DNA of 64,000 nucleotides, from contig VFGY01000024.1 in assembly GCA_009392195.1 (NCBI GenBank), positions 20,481-84,480 of the forward strand, given 5' to 3'. Under the pieces are notes generated by a model that did not search any database, was not told the origin of the DNA, and worked only from the letters and a program-made list of their open reading frames with translations. Shown here one piece after another: positions 38,194-47,281 of the stretch (the stretch's first letter is position 1; every line of letters starts with the position of its first letter). This DNA comes from SAR202 cluster bacterium. Its GTDB lineage: Bacteria > Chloroflexota > Dehalococcoidia > Lucifugimonadales > OSU-TB39. Made by a program: the position numbers and the translations under genes.

Positions 38194-39328
38194 TTTTAAC
38201 GTCGGTTTTATTTCTTGATACTTTTACAGAAGTCTTTTCCAGCAAGCTCGAATCAAGTCGCATTGAATTGCCTTGGCCTCCATTTCGTATCATTAATATT
38301 TCTGCCAAAATACTTAGGGCTATCTCTTCAGGGGTCCTTGCATTTATGTCTAAACCTATTGGTGCTCTTACATCTTTTATGCGGTCTATACTGACACCTT
38401 TATTCAACAACTCTTCATATATCAAAATTGTTTTTCGCTTACTACCAAGAAGTCCTATGTAACTAGCCGAAGTATCAATAGCAGCTTCTAACGACACGTG
38501 ATCATAACGATGCCCTCTTGTTGCAATTACTATAAATGTGTTTTTGTTGATTTCTATGGATTTAAACCCTTCAGCAGAACTCCTTGCCACTACCACATCC
38601 GCTAATGGGAACCGTTCATTGTTAGCAAATTCATCTCTGTCATCGATAACGGTTAAATTGAAACCTAGGTTTACTGCAAACGTATATATTGCACGCGAAA
38701 CGTGACCTCCTCCACATAACACAATTCTTGGAGGAGTAGTGTATCCTTCAATAAAGTATTCAGCGCCAGTTTCTGACCTTACATAATCACTGTTGCCATA
38801 AGCCATTAATTCCAACCCGTGCTTAATTGCTTCAGAATTAAGACCCTCTGCACCTAAAGTTCCCTCAGTGGAGCCATCAGACCTAATTAATAGCTTTCCT
38901 GCTAAATCTGCATTAATATCTGGAACTGTTTTTACTAAACTTGCCAGTGCTACTGGATCACCTCCAGCATAAGCATTGTTTATTTCATCCAAAAATAACG
39001 CATCCTCCCCGTTTTCATACACAGGGTCAACTAGGAAATACATTGTGCCACCACAAACCAATCCATCTTGAGCAGCAATTTCTTCATTAAGCTCATATCC
39101 GATGTGCGCTGCCTTACCTCGGTTCTTCATTAATTGTTTAGCTGCATACCAAATATCACCTTCAACACACCCACCTCCCAATGTTCCAACCCCACTCCCA
39201 TCATTTTTGACGAGTAATTTTGCCCCTGGTTTTTGAGGAGTAGAACCCTTGGTCCTGACAACTGTAGCTATAACCAATGGCATTCTATTATTGAGTTGAT
39301 TTGTAGCCTCTTCGAAAACTTCTTTCAT
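38183..39328 (-). CDS. XdhC/CoxI-family molybdoenzyme maturation protein
   Basis: 381 aa. It has an N-terminal XdhC_CoxI domain (ATVVRTKGSTPQKPGAKLLV, GGCVEGD) and a C-terminal Rossmann-like domain (IVLCGGGHVSRA, ATRGHRYD). Confidence 0.85.
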   Translation of the reverse strand: MKEVFEEATNQLNNRMPLVIATVVRTKGSTPQKPGAKLLVKNDGSGVGTLGGGCVEGDIWYAAKQLMKNRGKAAHIGYELNEEIAAQDGLVCGGTMYFLVDPVYENGEDALFLDEINNAYAGGDPVALASLVKTVPDINADLAGKLLIRSDGSTEGTLGAEGLNSEAIKHGLELMAYGNSDYVRSETGAEYFIEGYTTPPRIVLCGGGHVSRAIYTFAVNLGFNLTVIDDRDEFANNERFPLADVVVARSSAEGFKSIEINKNTFIVIATRGHRYDHVSLEAAIDTSASYIGLLGSKRKTILIYEELLNKGVSIDRIKDVRAPIGLDINARTPEEIALSILAEILMIRNGGQGNSMRLDSSLLEKTSVKVSRNKTDVKIGP

Positions 39329-39489
39329 ATACGCCTAGAATCCTAAAAAAACACGATTAATTCATTATTAATTTGTATGTAAAGCATATTATAATATTGA
39401 TTAGTGGGATACACCAACCTTATGGCAAATTGTGTCAAGAAATACAAATTGTTTTTATATTCCGCAAATGAATATTAGATACAGACTAG

Positions 39490-40668
39490 ATGGAAAGCTC
39501 TGAGATACCAAACAATAAATTAATACTTGGAATCCCATGCGAAACTCACCCAGAGGAGCGCATGGTTTCATTAGTACCACAAAATGTTGCCGCATTAAAA
39601 GAACTGGGCGTTGAAGTTTTAATTGAGAACAATGCCGGTATTAAAGCAGGTTTTAACAACCAACAGTACGAAGATGCTGGCGCAAGCATATTAACAAGTC
39701 GGACTGAGATATTTAATTCAGCCAACGTTATAGCTCAGGTTAGAGGTCCAAGCAAAAATCCAGAGTCCGGACAAAAAGACATAGCCAATCTAGGTGATAC
39801 ACATATTATCATAGGTTTTTTGCACCCTCATTTTTCAATAAACGAAATGCACCAAATTGCACAAAAGGGAACTACATCAATAGCAATGGAATTAATACCA
39901 AGGATAACAAAAGCCCAAAACATGGATGCCCTTAGTTCTCTTGCAAACCTAGCAGGATATAAATCAGTGCTGTTAGCTGCTTCAGTTATGCCTAAAATTT
40001 TTCCTTTAATGATGACTGCTTCAGGAACTATACGTCCAGCTAAGATCTTGGTACTTGGGGCAGGAGTGGCTGGTTTACAAGCGATAGCAACGGCAAAAAG
40101 ACTTGGTGCTTTAGTTACCGGATATGATATTCGACCTGCTGTCAAAGAACAAGTTGAAAGTTTAGGAGCAAAATTTCTGGAAGACGATTTTAAAAACACA
40201 GAAGTTGAAACTGACAGCGGATATGCCAAAGAAATGTCAGACGACTTTTATGCAAATCAACAGAAATTACTTTTACGAGCAATTGCTGAAACAGATGCAG
40301 TTATAACGACTGCGGCTATACCTGGGAAAAAAGCCCCTATTCTGATTACATCTGAAATGGTTTCAAACATGAAAGCTGGATCCGTGATAGTAGACTTGGC
40401 AGCAGAGACCGGCGGTAATTGTGAGTTGACTGAAATAAACCAAACTGTTAATCATAATGGTGTTTCTATAGTAGGAACAACAAATTTACATTCAACACTA
40501 CCAACTGATGCCAGTCAGGTTTATTCTAATAACATTTCGAATTTAGTATCTTACATAGTAAAAAACAATGATTCAGAAATTAAAATAGAAGATCCCATTC
40601 TCAAAGAAGTAGTGGTTACTCATAAAGGAAATATAGTGCACCCAGTCATCAAGGAATTATCAAATTAA
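39490..40668 (+). CDS. pntAA: NAD(P) transhydrogenase subunit alpha part 1 (dI, NAD(H)-binding)
   Basis: 392-aa AlaDH/PNT domain with the motif VLGAGVAGLQAIATAKRLGA. Confidence 0.93.
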   Translation: MESSEIPNNKLILGIPCETHPEERMVSLVPQNVAALKELGVEVLIENNAGIKAGFNNQQYEDAGASILTSRTEIFNSANVIAQVRGPSKNPESGQKDIANLGDTHIIIGFLHPHFSINEMHQIAQKGTTSIAMELIPRITKAQNMDALSSLANLAGYKSVLLAASVMPKIFPLMMTASGTIRPAKILVLGAGVAGLQAIATAKRLGALVTGYDIRPAVKEQVESLGAKFLEDDFKNTEVETDSGYAKEMSDDFYANQQKLLLRAIAETDAVITTAAIPGKKAPILITSEMVSNMKAGSVIVDLAAETGGNCELTEINQTVNHNGVSIVGTTNLHSTLPTDASQVYSNNISNLVSYIVKNNDSEIKIEDPILKEVVVTHKGNIVHPVIKELSN

Positions 40669-40714
40669 CCAATTCAGAATCTCGCCCTAATCAATTTAAA
40701 CAGGAGTTACATAT

Positions 40715-40999
40715 TTGGAAAACTTGCTTCTCACTTTAACTATTTTTGTATTAGCGATTTTTGTAGGATTCGAAGTAATAACCAAGGTTCCAGCTATACT
40801 TCATACCCCATTAATGTCGGGGGCTAACGCAATGTCTGGAATAATTTTAATAGGGGCACTTGCCACGGCTTCTAATCCTGAATTAGGACTGGTAAGTAAC
40901 ATATTAGCGGCATCAGCAATTGCCCTAGCTACTATAAACGTGGTTGGAGGTTTTGCTGTAACTCATAGAATGCTATATATGTTCAAGAAGAAAAAATGA
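40715..40999 (+). CDS. pntAB: NAD(P) transhydrogenase subunit alpha part 2 (membrane dII-alpha)
   Basis: 94 aa with three TM helices (TPLMSGANAMSGIILIGAL). Its stop overlaps the pntB start (ATGA). Confidence 0.9.
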   Translation: MENLLLTLTIFVLAIFVGFEVITKVPAILHTPLMSGANAMSGIILIGALATASNPELGLVSNILAASAIALATINVVGGFAVTHRMLYMFKKKK

Positions 41000-42441
41000 C
41001 ATTCGATTTAGATTTAACAACCAAATTCATATATATATTAGCTGCAATATTAATAATATTAGGTTTAAAAGGCCTTAGTTCACCTAAAACAGCAATCAGA
41101 GGAAATATCATTGCTTCAATAGGAATGTTGATCGCTGTTATAGTTACTTTGGTCGCAAATAACACGGTTAGCATCGGATGGATATTCGGTGGAATAATTG
41201 TAGGCAGCCTAATCGGCATAATACTTGCAACAAGAACAACCATTACATCAATGCCTCAACTAGTAGCTACATTTAACGGGCTTGGAGGAGCTGCATCAGT
41301 CTTGGTTGCAACTAATGAATTTATCAATAGAGATGCCGGGTCTGTATTGGATATATTAGATAGTCCAGCTGATATGCCTATTGAATTCATGTTATTTGCA
41401 ACATTAGCATCTGCCTTAATCGGCTCTATAACTTTTTGGGGAAGTATGATTGCTTTTTCAAAACTGCAGGGATTACTGCCTGACAATCCTATATTGATAC
41501 CAGGTAGACATATTTTCAATGTGTTTCTATTAATACTTATTGTAGTTAGTGGTTTTATTGTAATGGCTCAACCCATCAACGAAATCAACCCTAATTTCTA
41601 CTGGGTTATTTTAATAGCTTCGGCCATCCTAGGGATATCTTTAGTTATTTCAATAGGTGGGGCTGACATGCCTGTTGTAATCTCATTACTGAATTCTTAT
41701 TCTGGGTTAGCAGCTGCCGCGACTGGTTTACTTTTGGGGAACATTCTACTAGTTATAGGTGGTTCTTTAGTTGGAGCTGCAGGAATAATATTGACCAGCT
41801 TAATGTGCAAAGCTATGAATAGATCACTCACTAATGTTTTTTTTGGTGGAATAGGAAGTACCTCGACCACTGAAGACAAAAACCAAGATGATATATATGA
41901 AGGTAAAGTTAAGGCAACATCAGCTGACGAAATAGCTTTATTACTAGACAACGCAGACAAAGTTATGATCTTGCCAGGTTATGGGATGGCAGTAGCACAG
42001 GCACAACATTCTATTCACGACCTATCTGAATCCTTAAAATCCAAAGGGATTGAAGTTAAATTCGCAATACATCCAGTTGCAGGAAGAATGCCTGGTCACA
42101 TGAATGTTTTATTAGCTGAAGCAGATGTGCCTTACGATGATTTAATAGAAATGGACGAAGCAAATCCATTATTTAAAGAAACAGATGTTGCAATAGTTGT
42201 AGGTGCCAACGATGTTGTAAATCCTCTGGCATATAAAAGTGATGACCCCGGGAACCCTATAGCCGGCATGCCTATACTACAAGCTGATCAAGCTAAGACA
42301 ATAATTGTTATAAAAAGAAGCTTAAGTCCAGGATTTGCCAATATTGCTAATCCTCTTTTTGCTGCAGACAACACCTTAATGTTATTTGAAGATGCAAAAA
42401 AAGCATCTATGGATTTATTAACAAGTTTCAAAAATCTTTAA
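40996..42441 (+). CDS. pntB: NAD(P) transhydrogenase subunit beta (dII-beta plus dIII NADP(H)-binding)
   Basis: 481 aa with an N-terminal polytopic part and a C-terminal dIII domain (ILPGYGMAVAQAQH, FAIHPVAGRMPGHMNVLLAEA, VVGANDVVNP). Confidence 0.95.
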   Translation: MTFDLDLTTKFIYILAAILIILGLKGLSSPKTAIRGNIIASIGMLIAVIVTLVANNTVSIGWIFGGIIVGSLIGIILATRTTITSMPQLVATFNGLGGAASVLVATNEFINRDAGSVLDILDSPADMPIEFMLFATLASALIGSITFWGSMIAFSKLQGLLPDNPILIPGRHIFNVFLLILIVVSGFIVMAQPINEINPNFYWVILIASAILGISLVISIGGADMPVVISLLNSYSGLAAAATGLLLGNILLVIGGSLVGAAGIILTSLMCKAMNRSLTNVFFGGIGSTSTTEDKNQDDIYEGKVKATSADEIALLLDNADKVMILPGYGMAVAQAQHSIHDLSESLKSKGIEVKFAIHPVAGRMPGHMNVLLAEADVPYDDLIEMDEANPLFKETDVAIVVGANDVVNPLAYKSDDPGNPIAGMPILQADQAKTIIVIKRSLSPGFANIANPLFAADNTLMLFEDAKKASMDLLTSFKNL

Positions 42442-42443
42442 AG

Positions 42444-42516
42444 TACCCCTGCCCGGACTCGAACCGGGGCACCCGGTTTAGGAAACCGGTGCTCTATCCG
42501 CCTGAGCTACAGGGGC
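42444..42516 (-). tRNA. tRNA-Arg (anticodon CCU)
   Basis: A 73-nt cloverleaf read by hand: GCCCCTG-TA-GCTC-AGGCGGATA-GAGC-A-CCGGT-TTCCTAA-ACCGG-GTGC-CCCGG-TTCGAGT-CCGGG-CAGGGGT-A. No CCA is encoded. Its 3' end lies 2 nt from the convergent pntB stop. Confidence 0.92.
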
Positions 42517-42609
42517 GCATAAACTTATTTTAGCCCACTACAATCTAATTATGAACCTTTAATTTAAAATTAGAATTTTAAACTATCCGATAATACAGGA
42601 GAAAATAAG

Positions 42610-43590
42610 ATGGGATTTAAATTACTGATTTTAACTGCTGGACCTGGAGGAGAACCAAACGGTGCCTTTTATAGCGAAGATTGGGTAGAAAAGTTAGAAG
42701 CATTAATACCTAACATAGACATAAGTTTATGCAGAACAACTAAAGAGGCTACTTCTAATATCAGTCAATTTGATGCAGCTTTCGGGTACTTGACAGAAGA
42801 TATGATTAAATCTGCAACTAATTTAAAATGGCTGGCTTGCCCTCAAGCAGGGCCTCCACAAGGATTTTATAACAAATCTTTAATAAATAGCTCAATTGTA
42901 GTAACCAACATCAAGGGTATTTATAGTGACCATATAAGCACTCATATCATGTCTTATATTCTTTCTTTTTCTAGAGGCTTACACAAATATATACGAAACC
43001 AATTCAATTCCGAATGGAGTGGCCCTGTACCTACCATTCATTTACCTGATTCAACAGCATTAGTTGTAGGCGTAGGAGGAATTGGAAAAGAAACAGCTCG
43101 TCTATGCAAAGAATTTGGAATGACAGTTTTCGGAGTTGATCCTAAAACAACTGAACTAAAAAATATAATCGAAAAAATCTACCATCCATCAAACCTAAAA
43201 TATATATTACCAAAAGCTGATTTTATAATATCTACAGTACCGGAAACCCCAGATTCAAACAAAATGTTCGGCTCCGAAGAATTTAAACTAATGAAAAATT
43301 CAGCTTACTTCATTAACATCGGCAGAGGCACTACCGTTTCACTAAACGACCTAAATAATGCTATTGACCTTGGAGAAATTGCTGGGGCAGCTCTTGATGT
43401 ATTTGAAACAGAACCTTTACCGAAAAATCACCTTTTATGGGCACATGAAAATGTAATAATAACTCCACACGTAGCAGCAGAAGGACCATATTTGGATGAA
43501 CGTAGAAGCGAAATCTTCATCAATAATTGTATTAAATTCAATAATGGCAAACCATTAAATAACGTTGTTGACAAAGCAAAATGGTTTTGA
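42610..43590 (+). CDS. D-isomer-specific 2-hydroxyacid dehydrogenase family protein
   Basis: 326 aa. The NAD motif is VGVGGIGKETA and the catalytic blocks are INIGRGTTV, LDVFETEPLP and ITPHVAA. Confidence 0.88.
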   Translation: MGFKLLILTAGPGGEPNGAFYSEDWVEKLEALIPNIDISLCRTTKEATSNISQFDAAFGYLTEDMIKSATNLKWLACPQAGPPQGFYNKSLINSSIVVTNIKGIYSDHISTHIMSYILSFSRGLHKYIRNQFNSEWSGPVPTIHLPDSTALVVGVGGIGKETARLCKEFGMTVFGVDPKTTELKNIIEKIYHPSNLKYILPKADFIISTVPETPDSNKMFGSEEFKLMKNSAYFINIGRGTTVSLNDLNNAIDLGEIAGAALDVFETEPLPKNHLLWAHENVIITPHVAAEGPYLDERRSEIFINNCIKFNNGKPLNNVVDKAKWF

Positions 43591-43615
43591 TTTTTTGCTT
43601 TAATTCTAAGATAAG

Positions 43616-43687
43616 TACCCCCGGCGGGATTTGAACCCACGCACCTGGCTCCGGAGGCCAGTGCTCTATCCACTGAGCTACGGGGGC
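43616..43687 (-). tRNA. tRNA-Arg (anticodon CCG)
   Basis: A 72-nt cloverleaf: GCCCCCG-TA-GCTC-AGTGGATA-GAGC-A-CTGGC-CTCCGGA-GCCAG-GTGC-GTGGG-TTCAAAT-CCCGC-CGGGGGT-A. No CCA is encoded. Confidence 0.92.
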
Positions 43688-43828
43688 TTTTCAATTTAAC
43701 TTAGTATAATATCCCATCAATCCCAATATATAGCTTCATAAACAGGTATAACAACATGTAATCGTTTATATTCAAGTCCAATAGGCAGGCATATGTTTCT
43801 TAAAGCAAGATATATGCATTTTTAGGGG

Positions 43829-43857
43829 TTGACATCAACCTAAGTCGTGAATATTAT
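43829..43857 (+). promoter_or_regulatory. near-consensus sigma-70 promoter of the collagen-like gene
   Basis: TTGACA (43829-43834), exactly 17 nt of spacer, then TATTAT (43852-43857). It lies about 110 nt upstream of the GTG start. Confidence 0.55.
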
Positions 43858-43966
43858 AAGGCAACTATCTCAGTTTAAGAGCGTTTTGCTCTTGAGATAT
43901 AGGCGTAATATATTGTATTCTTACTCATGGAATACTATTTTGTGATATATATAAAGGGGGACAAAA

Positions 43967-44875
43967 GTGAGAAAATATCTTCCGAAATCTAGTATATTAA
44001 TGCTAGTCCTAACATCCGTTTTGGCAATGGCCATTTTATCGGCATGTCAAGGACCGGCAGGACCGGCAGGAGAAGCAGGTCTTCCAGGTAACCCAGGACT
44101 TCCAGGAATACAGGGACCACAAGGTATTCAGGGAGCTCAAGGTGACCCAGGTCTTCCAGGTTTCCCAGGTAACCCAGGAGCACCAGGTAAGCCAGGTCTT
44201 CCAGGTCTTCCAGGAATACAAGGCATACAAGGACCCGCAGGAATCGATGGAGTTTCACCAGAAGCACGAATCGAGCCATCTACTAGGCACCTAGCTATGG
44301 ATGCTGGTGTAACCATAGATGGATCCGGTTTCAGGCGTTACGAAACAATCGATTTAGTGTTCGCTCTTAGAGCAACAACACCTGTATTGACTACGGTACA
44401 AGCAGACGATGCTGGTTCGTTCTCAGCAACGATACCGACATTAAGCAGTATCCGTAAAGTAAAAACTAACGCTAAGACTATTAACGAAACTCCTGTAATC
44501 ACTCTTAGAGCAGAAGGTTCAGATGGAAGTCTTGCCAGCGTACCTGTAAGGGTAGCAACAGCATCACCTCCACCAGCAGGACCAGCTCCATCTGCTAGCG
44601 CAAGCTTAACAGGCGGTACAGTGGTTAACGAAGGTCAAATAACTGTACATGCAGCAGGATTCAGAGGCGGAGAAGGTATCACGTTTATAATACAAACTGG
44701 TACTACAGCCGATGGTATCCCTCAGTTCAGTCCGTTACAATCCGGTGTAGCCACTGGTGGCGGAACACTTGAGAAAAAGATGTCGATACGTACAGGTGCT
44801 GGCCTTTTCACACTTAAGGCTATTGGCGCTACAGGTACAGAAGCTACTTCCGCAGTAACTGTAACTGCAAAGTAA
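43967..44875 (+). CDS. collagen-like (Gly-X-Y) triple-helix repeat lipoprotein with two C-terminal beta-sandwich-like modules
   Basis: 302 aa, GTG start with an AAAGGGGG SD. The signal peptide has lipobox ILSAC. It is followed immediately by 23 uninterrupted G-X-Y triplets ([24 protein letters not shown]...GIDGVS). Two related modules then follow, separated by a [13 protein letters not shown] linker. The gene ends with a strong terminator. Confidence 0.85.
   Translation: MRKYLPKSSILMLVLTSVLAMAILSACQGPAGPAGEAGLPGNPGLPGIQGPQGIQGAQGDPGLPGFPGNPGAPGKPGLPGLPGIQGIQGPAGIDGVSPEARIEPSTRHLAMDAGVTIDGSGFRRYETIDLVFALRATTPVLTTVQADDAGSFSATIPTLSSIRKVKTNAKTINETPVITLRAEGSDGSLASVPVRVATASPPPAGPAPSASASLTGGTVVNEGQITVHAAGFRGGEGITFIIQTGTTADGIPQFSPLQSGVATGGGTLEKKMSIRTGAGLFTLKAIGATGTEATSAVTVTAK
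44051..44257 (+). repeat. 9-nt-periodic coding repeat (23 Gly-X-Y triplets)
   Basis: The tract shows GGN NNN NNN periodicity. Units such as GGTCTTCCAGGT and GGTAACCCAGGA recur several times, and the region is locally much more GC-rich than its flanks. Confidence 0.9.
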
Positions 44876-44906
44876 TTTACAGAACATAAAGAATTAAATA
44901 AAAAAA

Positions 44907-44937
44907 CTCGCCGGATTCAACTCCGGCGGGTTTTTTA
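44907..44937 (+). terminator. rho-independent terminator of the collagen-like gene
   Basis: Stem CGCCGGA (44909-44915) pairs with TCCGGCG (44922-44928) across a 6-nt loop. It is preceded by an A-run and followed by GGTTTTTTATTT. Confidence 0.85.
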
Positions 44938-45067
44938 TTTACCTAACAATATAGGTTCTAAATACGAAACTAAATGGAACAGTTACAATAACCATATAAC
45001 TACTTTAATGATTCGAATACAAGAAGCCATAATCAACACAAAGAAATCACAAGCGGTCAATACCACA

Positions 45068-45910
45068 CTAAACGAATTTAACTATTAGTTTTTTCACTCT
45101 TCTACCAACAGTTTCTTTAACTTCAACATTTAAATTTCCGATTGAGATATCGTCTCCTACACTAGGAATTTTTCCTAATCTCTGATATACCAATCCCCCA
45201 AGGGTATCAAACCCATCACCCTCTATATCAATGGACAATAATTCGTTAACTTGGTCTAAACTTGTTTTTCCATCTATAATGAACATATTCGAATCAATCT
45301 TTTCTATATCAGGATCAACGGAATCAAATTCATCTTCAATTTCGCCAACAATTTCTTCCAATAAATCTTCTATAGTCACTATACCTGAGACGCCACCGTA
45401 CTCATCCATTACAATCGCTATATGGACTTGCTCTTGTTGAAATTGAGTTAACAACTCATCAAGTATTTTAGTTTCTGGAACAAATAATGCTGGTCTAATT
45501 AAAGTTTCTTCTATTTTCTTATTTATACTTGCCGTATCTTTTAACAATAATCCTAAAACATCCCTGGCATAAACTATACCTTTGATATCATCAATTTCAT
45601 TAGTGTAGATAGGAATTTTACTGTGTCCTGAATCTAGCATTAATTCTGAAAGGGTCTTTAATTTAACGTTAGTACTAGCAGAAATTATATCTACTCTAGG
45701 AATCATTATTTCCCGTACAATCATACGATCAAGACGAAAAACTCCTTTAATCATTCTGATTTCATTGTCATCAAGATGATCTTCTTCTATATTCAATTCC
45801 ATATCATCTTGATTAAAATTATTTTCACTTTGAGATTTTTTCAATCTCAATAATTTGCCCACCATATCATTTGAAGATGCTAAAGGATTATATTTTGTTA
45901 TCCAACTCAT
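45068..45910 (-). CDS. corC: CBS-pair plus CorC_HlyC domain protein (CorC/YbeX-like Mg/Co efflux-associated)
   Basis: 280 aa with two CBS motifs ([10 protein letters not shown]..., IVYARDVL) and a C-terminal transporter-associated domain ([23 protein letters not shown]). Confidence 0.85.
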   Translation of the reverse strand: MSWITKYNPLASSNDMVGKLLRLKKSQSENNFNQDDMELNIEEDHLDDNEIRMIKGVFRLDRMIVREIMIPRVDIISASTNVKLKTLSELMLDSGHSKIPIYTNEIDDIKGIVYARDVLGLLLKDTASINKKIEETLIRPALFVPETKILDELLTQFQQEQVHIAIVMDEYGGVSGIVTIEDLLEEIVGEIEDEFDSVDPDIEKIDSNMFIIDGKTSLDQVNELLSIDIEGDGFDTLGGLVYQRLGKIPSVGDDISIGNLNVEVKETVGRRVKKLIVKFV

Positions 45911-45934
45911 TACTCAATATTCCTATTTATATAT

Positions 45935-47281
45935 TCAACTTTGTTTTGAAATATGTTTCGCTGGAACCCCTACAACCCTAGCCCCATCATCAACGTCATG
46001 TATTACCACCGCTCCAGCTCCCGTTGAAGATTTGTTCCCAATTTTTATTGGGGCAATTAACATTGTATCTGAACCTATTAATGCACCATCTCCAATTATG
46101 GTTTTATTTTTATTCTTACCATCATAGTTACAAGTAATGGTTCCTGCACCTATATTTACTTGATTCCCCACTTCAGCATCTCCTAAGTAACTAAAATGAG
46201 ATGACTTTGTTCCCTTACCCAACCTACTCCTATTCACTTCAGCCGAAGTACCTAAATGAACACCATCGTCCAAATAGCTATTATTTCGAACATTACTAAA
46301 TGGACCAATAACAACGTTATTACACACAACAGAATCATTTACAGTGGATGATCCTATATTACAATCATCTCCAACATTTGAAGAAGCTACAATAGAATTA
46401 GGTCCTATAATAGAATTTGCACCTATTCGTGAATCGCCGATTATATGTGTATTTGGTTTGATTATTGAATCTTTCCCAATTTTAATGCCCCAATCAATAT
46501 AAGTCGCCCTACGATCCTCAATAGTTACCCCTTCCAACATCAACTGAGTCAATATATTATCTCTTAAATAAGCGTTTCCAATTTCTAAATCATATTTACT
46601 ATCTATACCAAATTTCACCCTCTCAGCATCATTGAGTCTGATCGAATCTATCAATTCACCGTTATTTGATAATAATTCAATAACGTCAGTTAGATAAACT
46701 TCTCCTGATTGTGATTTTGTTACTTTGTTCAGATATGATTCAAGAAGGTTTTTGTTGAAACAATAAACTCCACTATTTATCTCAGTGGTAATACCAGATT
46801 GTATTAGATTTCCATTATTTACTTCAGATATTCGCTTAACGGTACCACTTTTATCTCTAATAATCCTACCCAATCTGTTTGGATCTTTTACATCTGATGT
46901 CAACAAGGTAGCTGCTGCTTTTGATTTAACGTGACTAGTCACCATTGAATCTATTATAGAACTTTCTATAAGAGGGACATCTCCATTAATCACAAAAATG
47001 TTTTCACAATTGGAAACTTTTAGAGCAATGTTAACAGCATCACCCGTACCTCTAGGTTCATTTTGAACAACATATTTTACTTGTCGGTTAATAGCCTTTT
47101 TTATAAGATCAAATTCAGGAGGAACTACAACAATGTATTCTCCATCAATTACTGAACAAACGTTTGTCAAAACGAGATTCAACATTTCCTTACCACATAA
47201 CTTTTGAAGTATTTTAGGAGTACTAGACATCATTCTAGTACCCTTTCCCGCAGCTAAAATTATTATTCCCCAATTAACCAT
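45935..47281 (-). CDS. glmU: bifunctional UDP-N-acetylglucosamine pyrophosphorylase / glucosamine-1-phosphate N-acetyltransferase
   Basis: 448 aa. The N-terminal motif is ILAAGKGTRM and the C-terminus is a long left-handed beta-helix of hexapeptide repeats (IGANSIIGPNSIV..., IGAGTITCNYDG). Confidence 0.95.
   Translation of the reverse strand: MVNWGIIILAAGKGTRMMSSTPKILQKLCGKEMLNLVLTNVCSVIDGEYIVVVPPEFDLIKKAINRQVKYVVQNEPRGTGDAVNIALKVSNCENIFVINGDVPLIESSIIDSMVTSHVKSKAAATLLTSDVKDPNRLGRIIRDKSGTVKRISEVNNGNLIQSGITTEINSGVYCFNKNLLESYLNKVTKSQSGEVYLTDVIELLSNNGELIDSIRLNDAERVKFGIDSKYDLEIGNAYLRDNILTQLMLEGVTIEDRRATYIDWGIKIGKDSIIKPNTHIIGDSRIGANSIIGPNSIVASSNVGDDCNIGSSTVNDSVVCNNVVIGPFSNVRNNSYLDDGVHLGTSAEVNRSRLGKGTKSSHFSYLGDAEVGNQVNIGAGTITCNYDGKNKNKTIIGDGALIGSDTMLIAPIKIGNKSSTGAGAVVIHDVDDGARVVGVPAKHISKQS

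Noticed and set aside
43428-43694. 88-aa minus-strand ORF
   Set aside because: It overlaps tRNA-Arg(CCG) and the 3' end of the dehydrogenase gene. Its sequence is the translated tRNA (SVDRALASGARCVGSNPAGG).
44051-44257. Short-period DNA repeat that could be mistaken for a CRISPR or tandem non-coding repeat
   Set aside because: The period is 9 nt and there are no spacers. It lies entirely in frame inside a CDS and encodes Gly-X-Y.
43989-44279. Two antisense ORFs (96 aa and 64 aa) across the collagen-like repeat, with odd WKTW/LEDL periodic sequences
   Set aside because: They are mirror-image artefacts of the 9-nt-periodic GGN-CCN repeat. The sense strand has an SD, a lipoprotein signal, a promoter and a terminator.
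42444-45060. tRNA-associated genomic island carrying the collagen-like gene
   Set aside because: I found no integrase, no recombinase and no direct repeat of a tRNA 3' end. The tRNA 3' ends point away from the collagen-like gene. I keep only the weaker statement that the gene is compositionally distinct.
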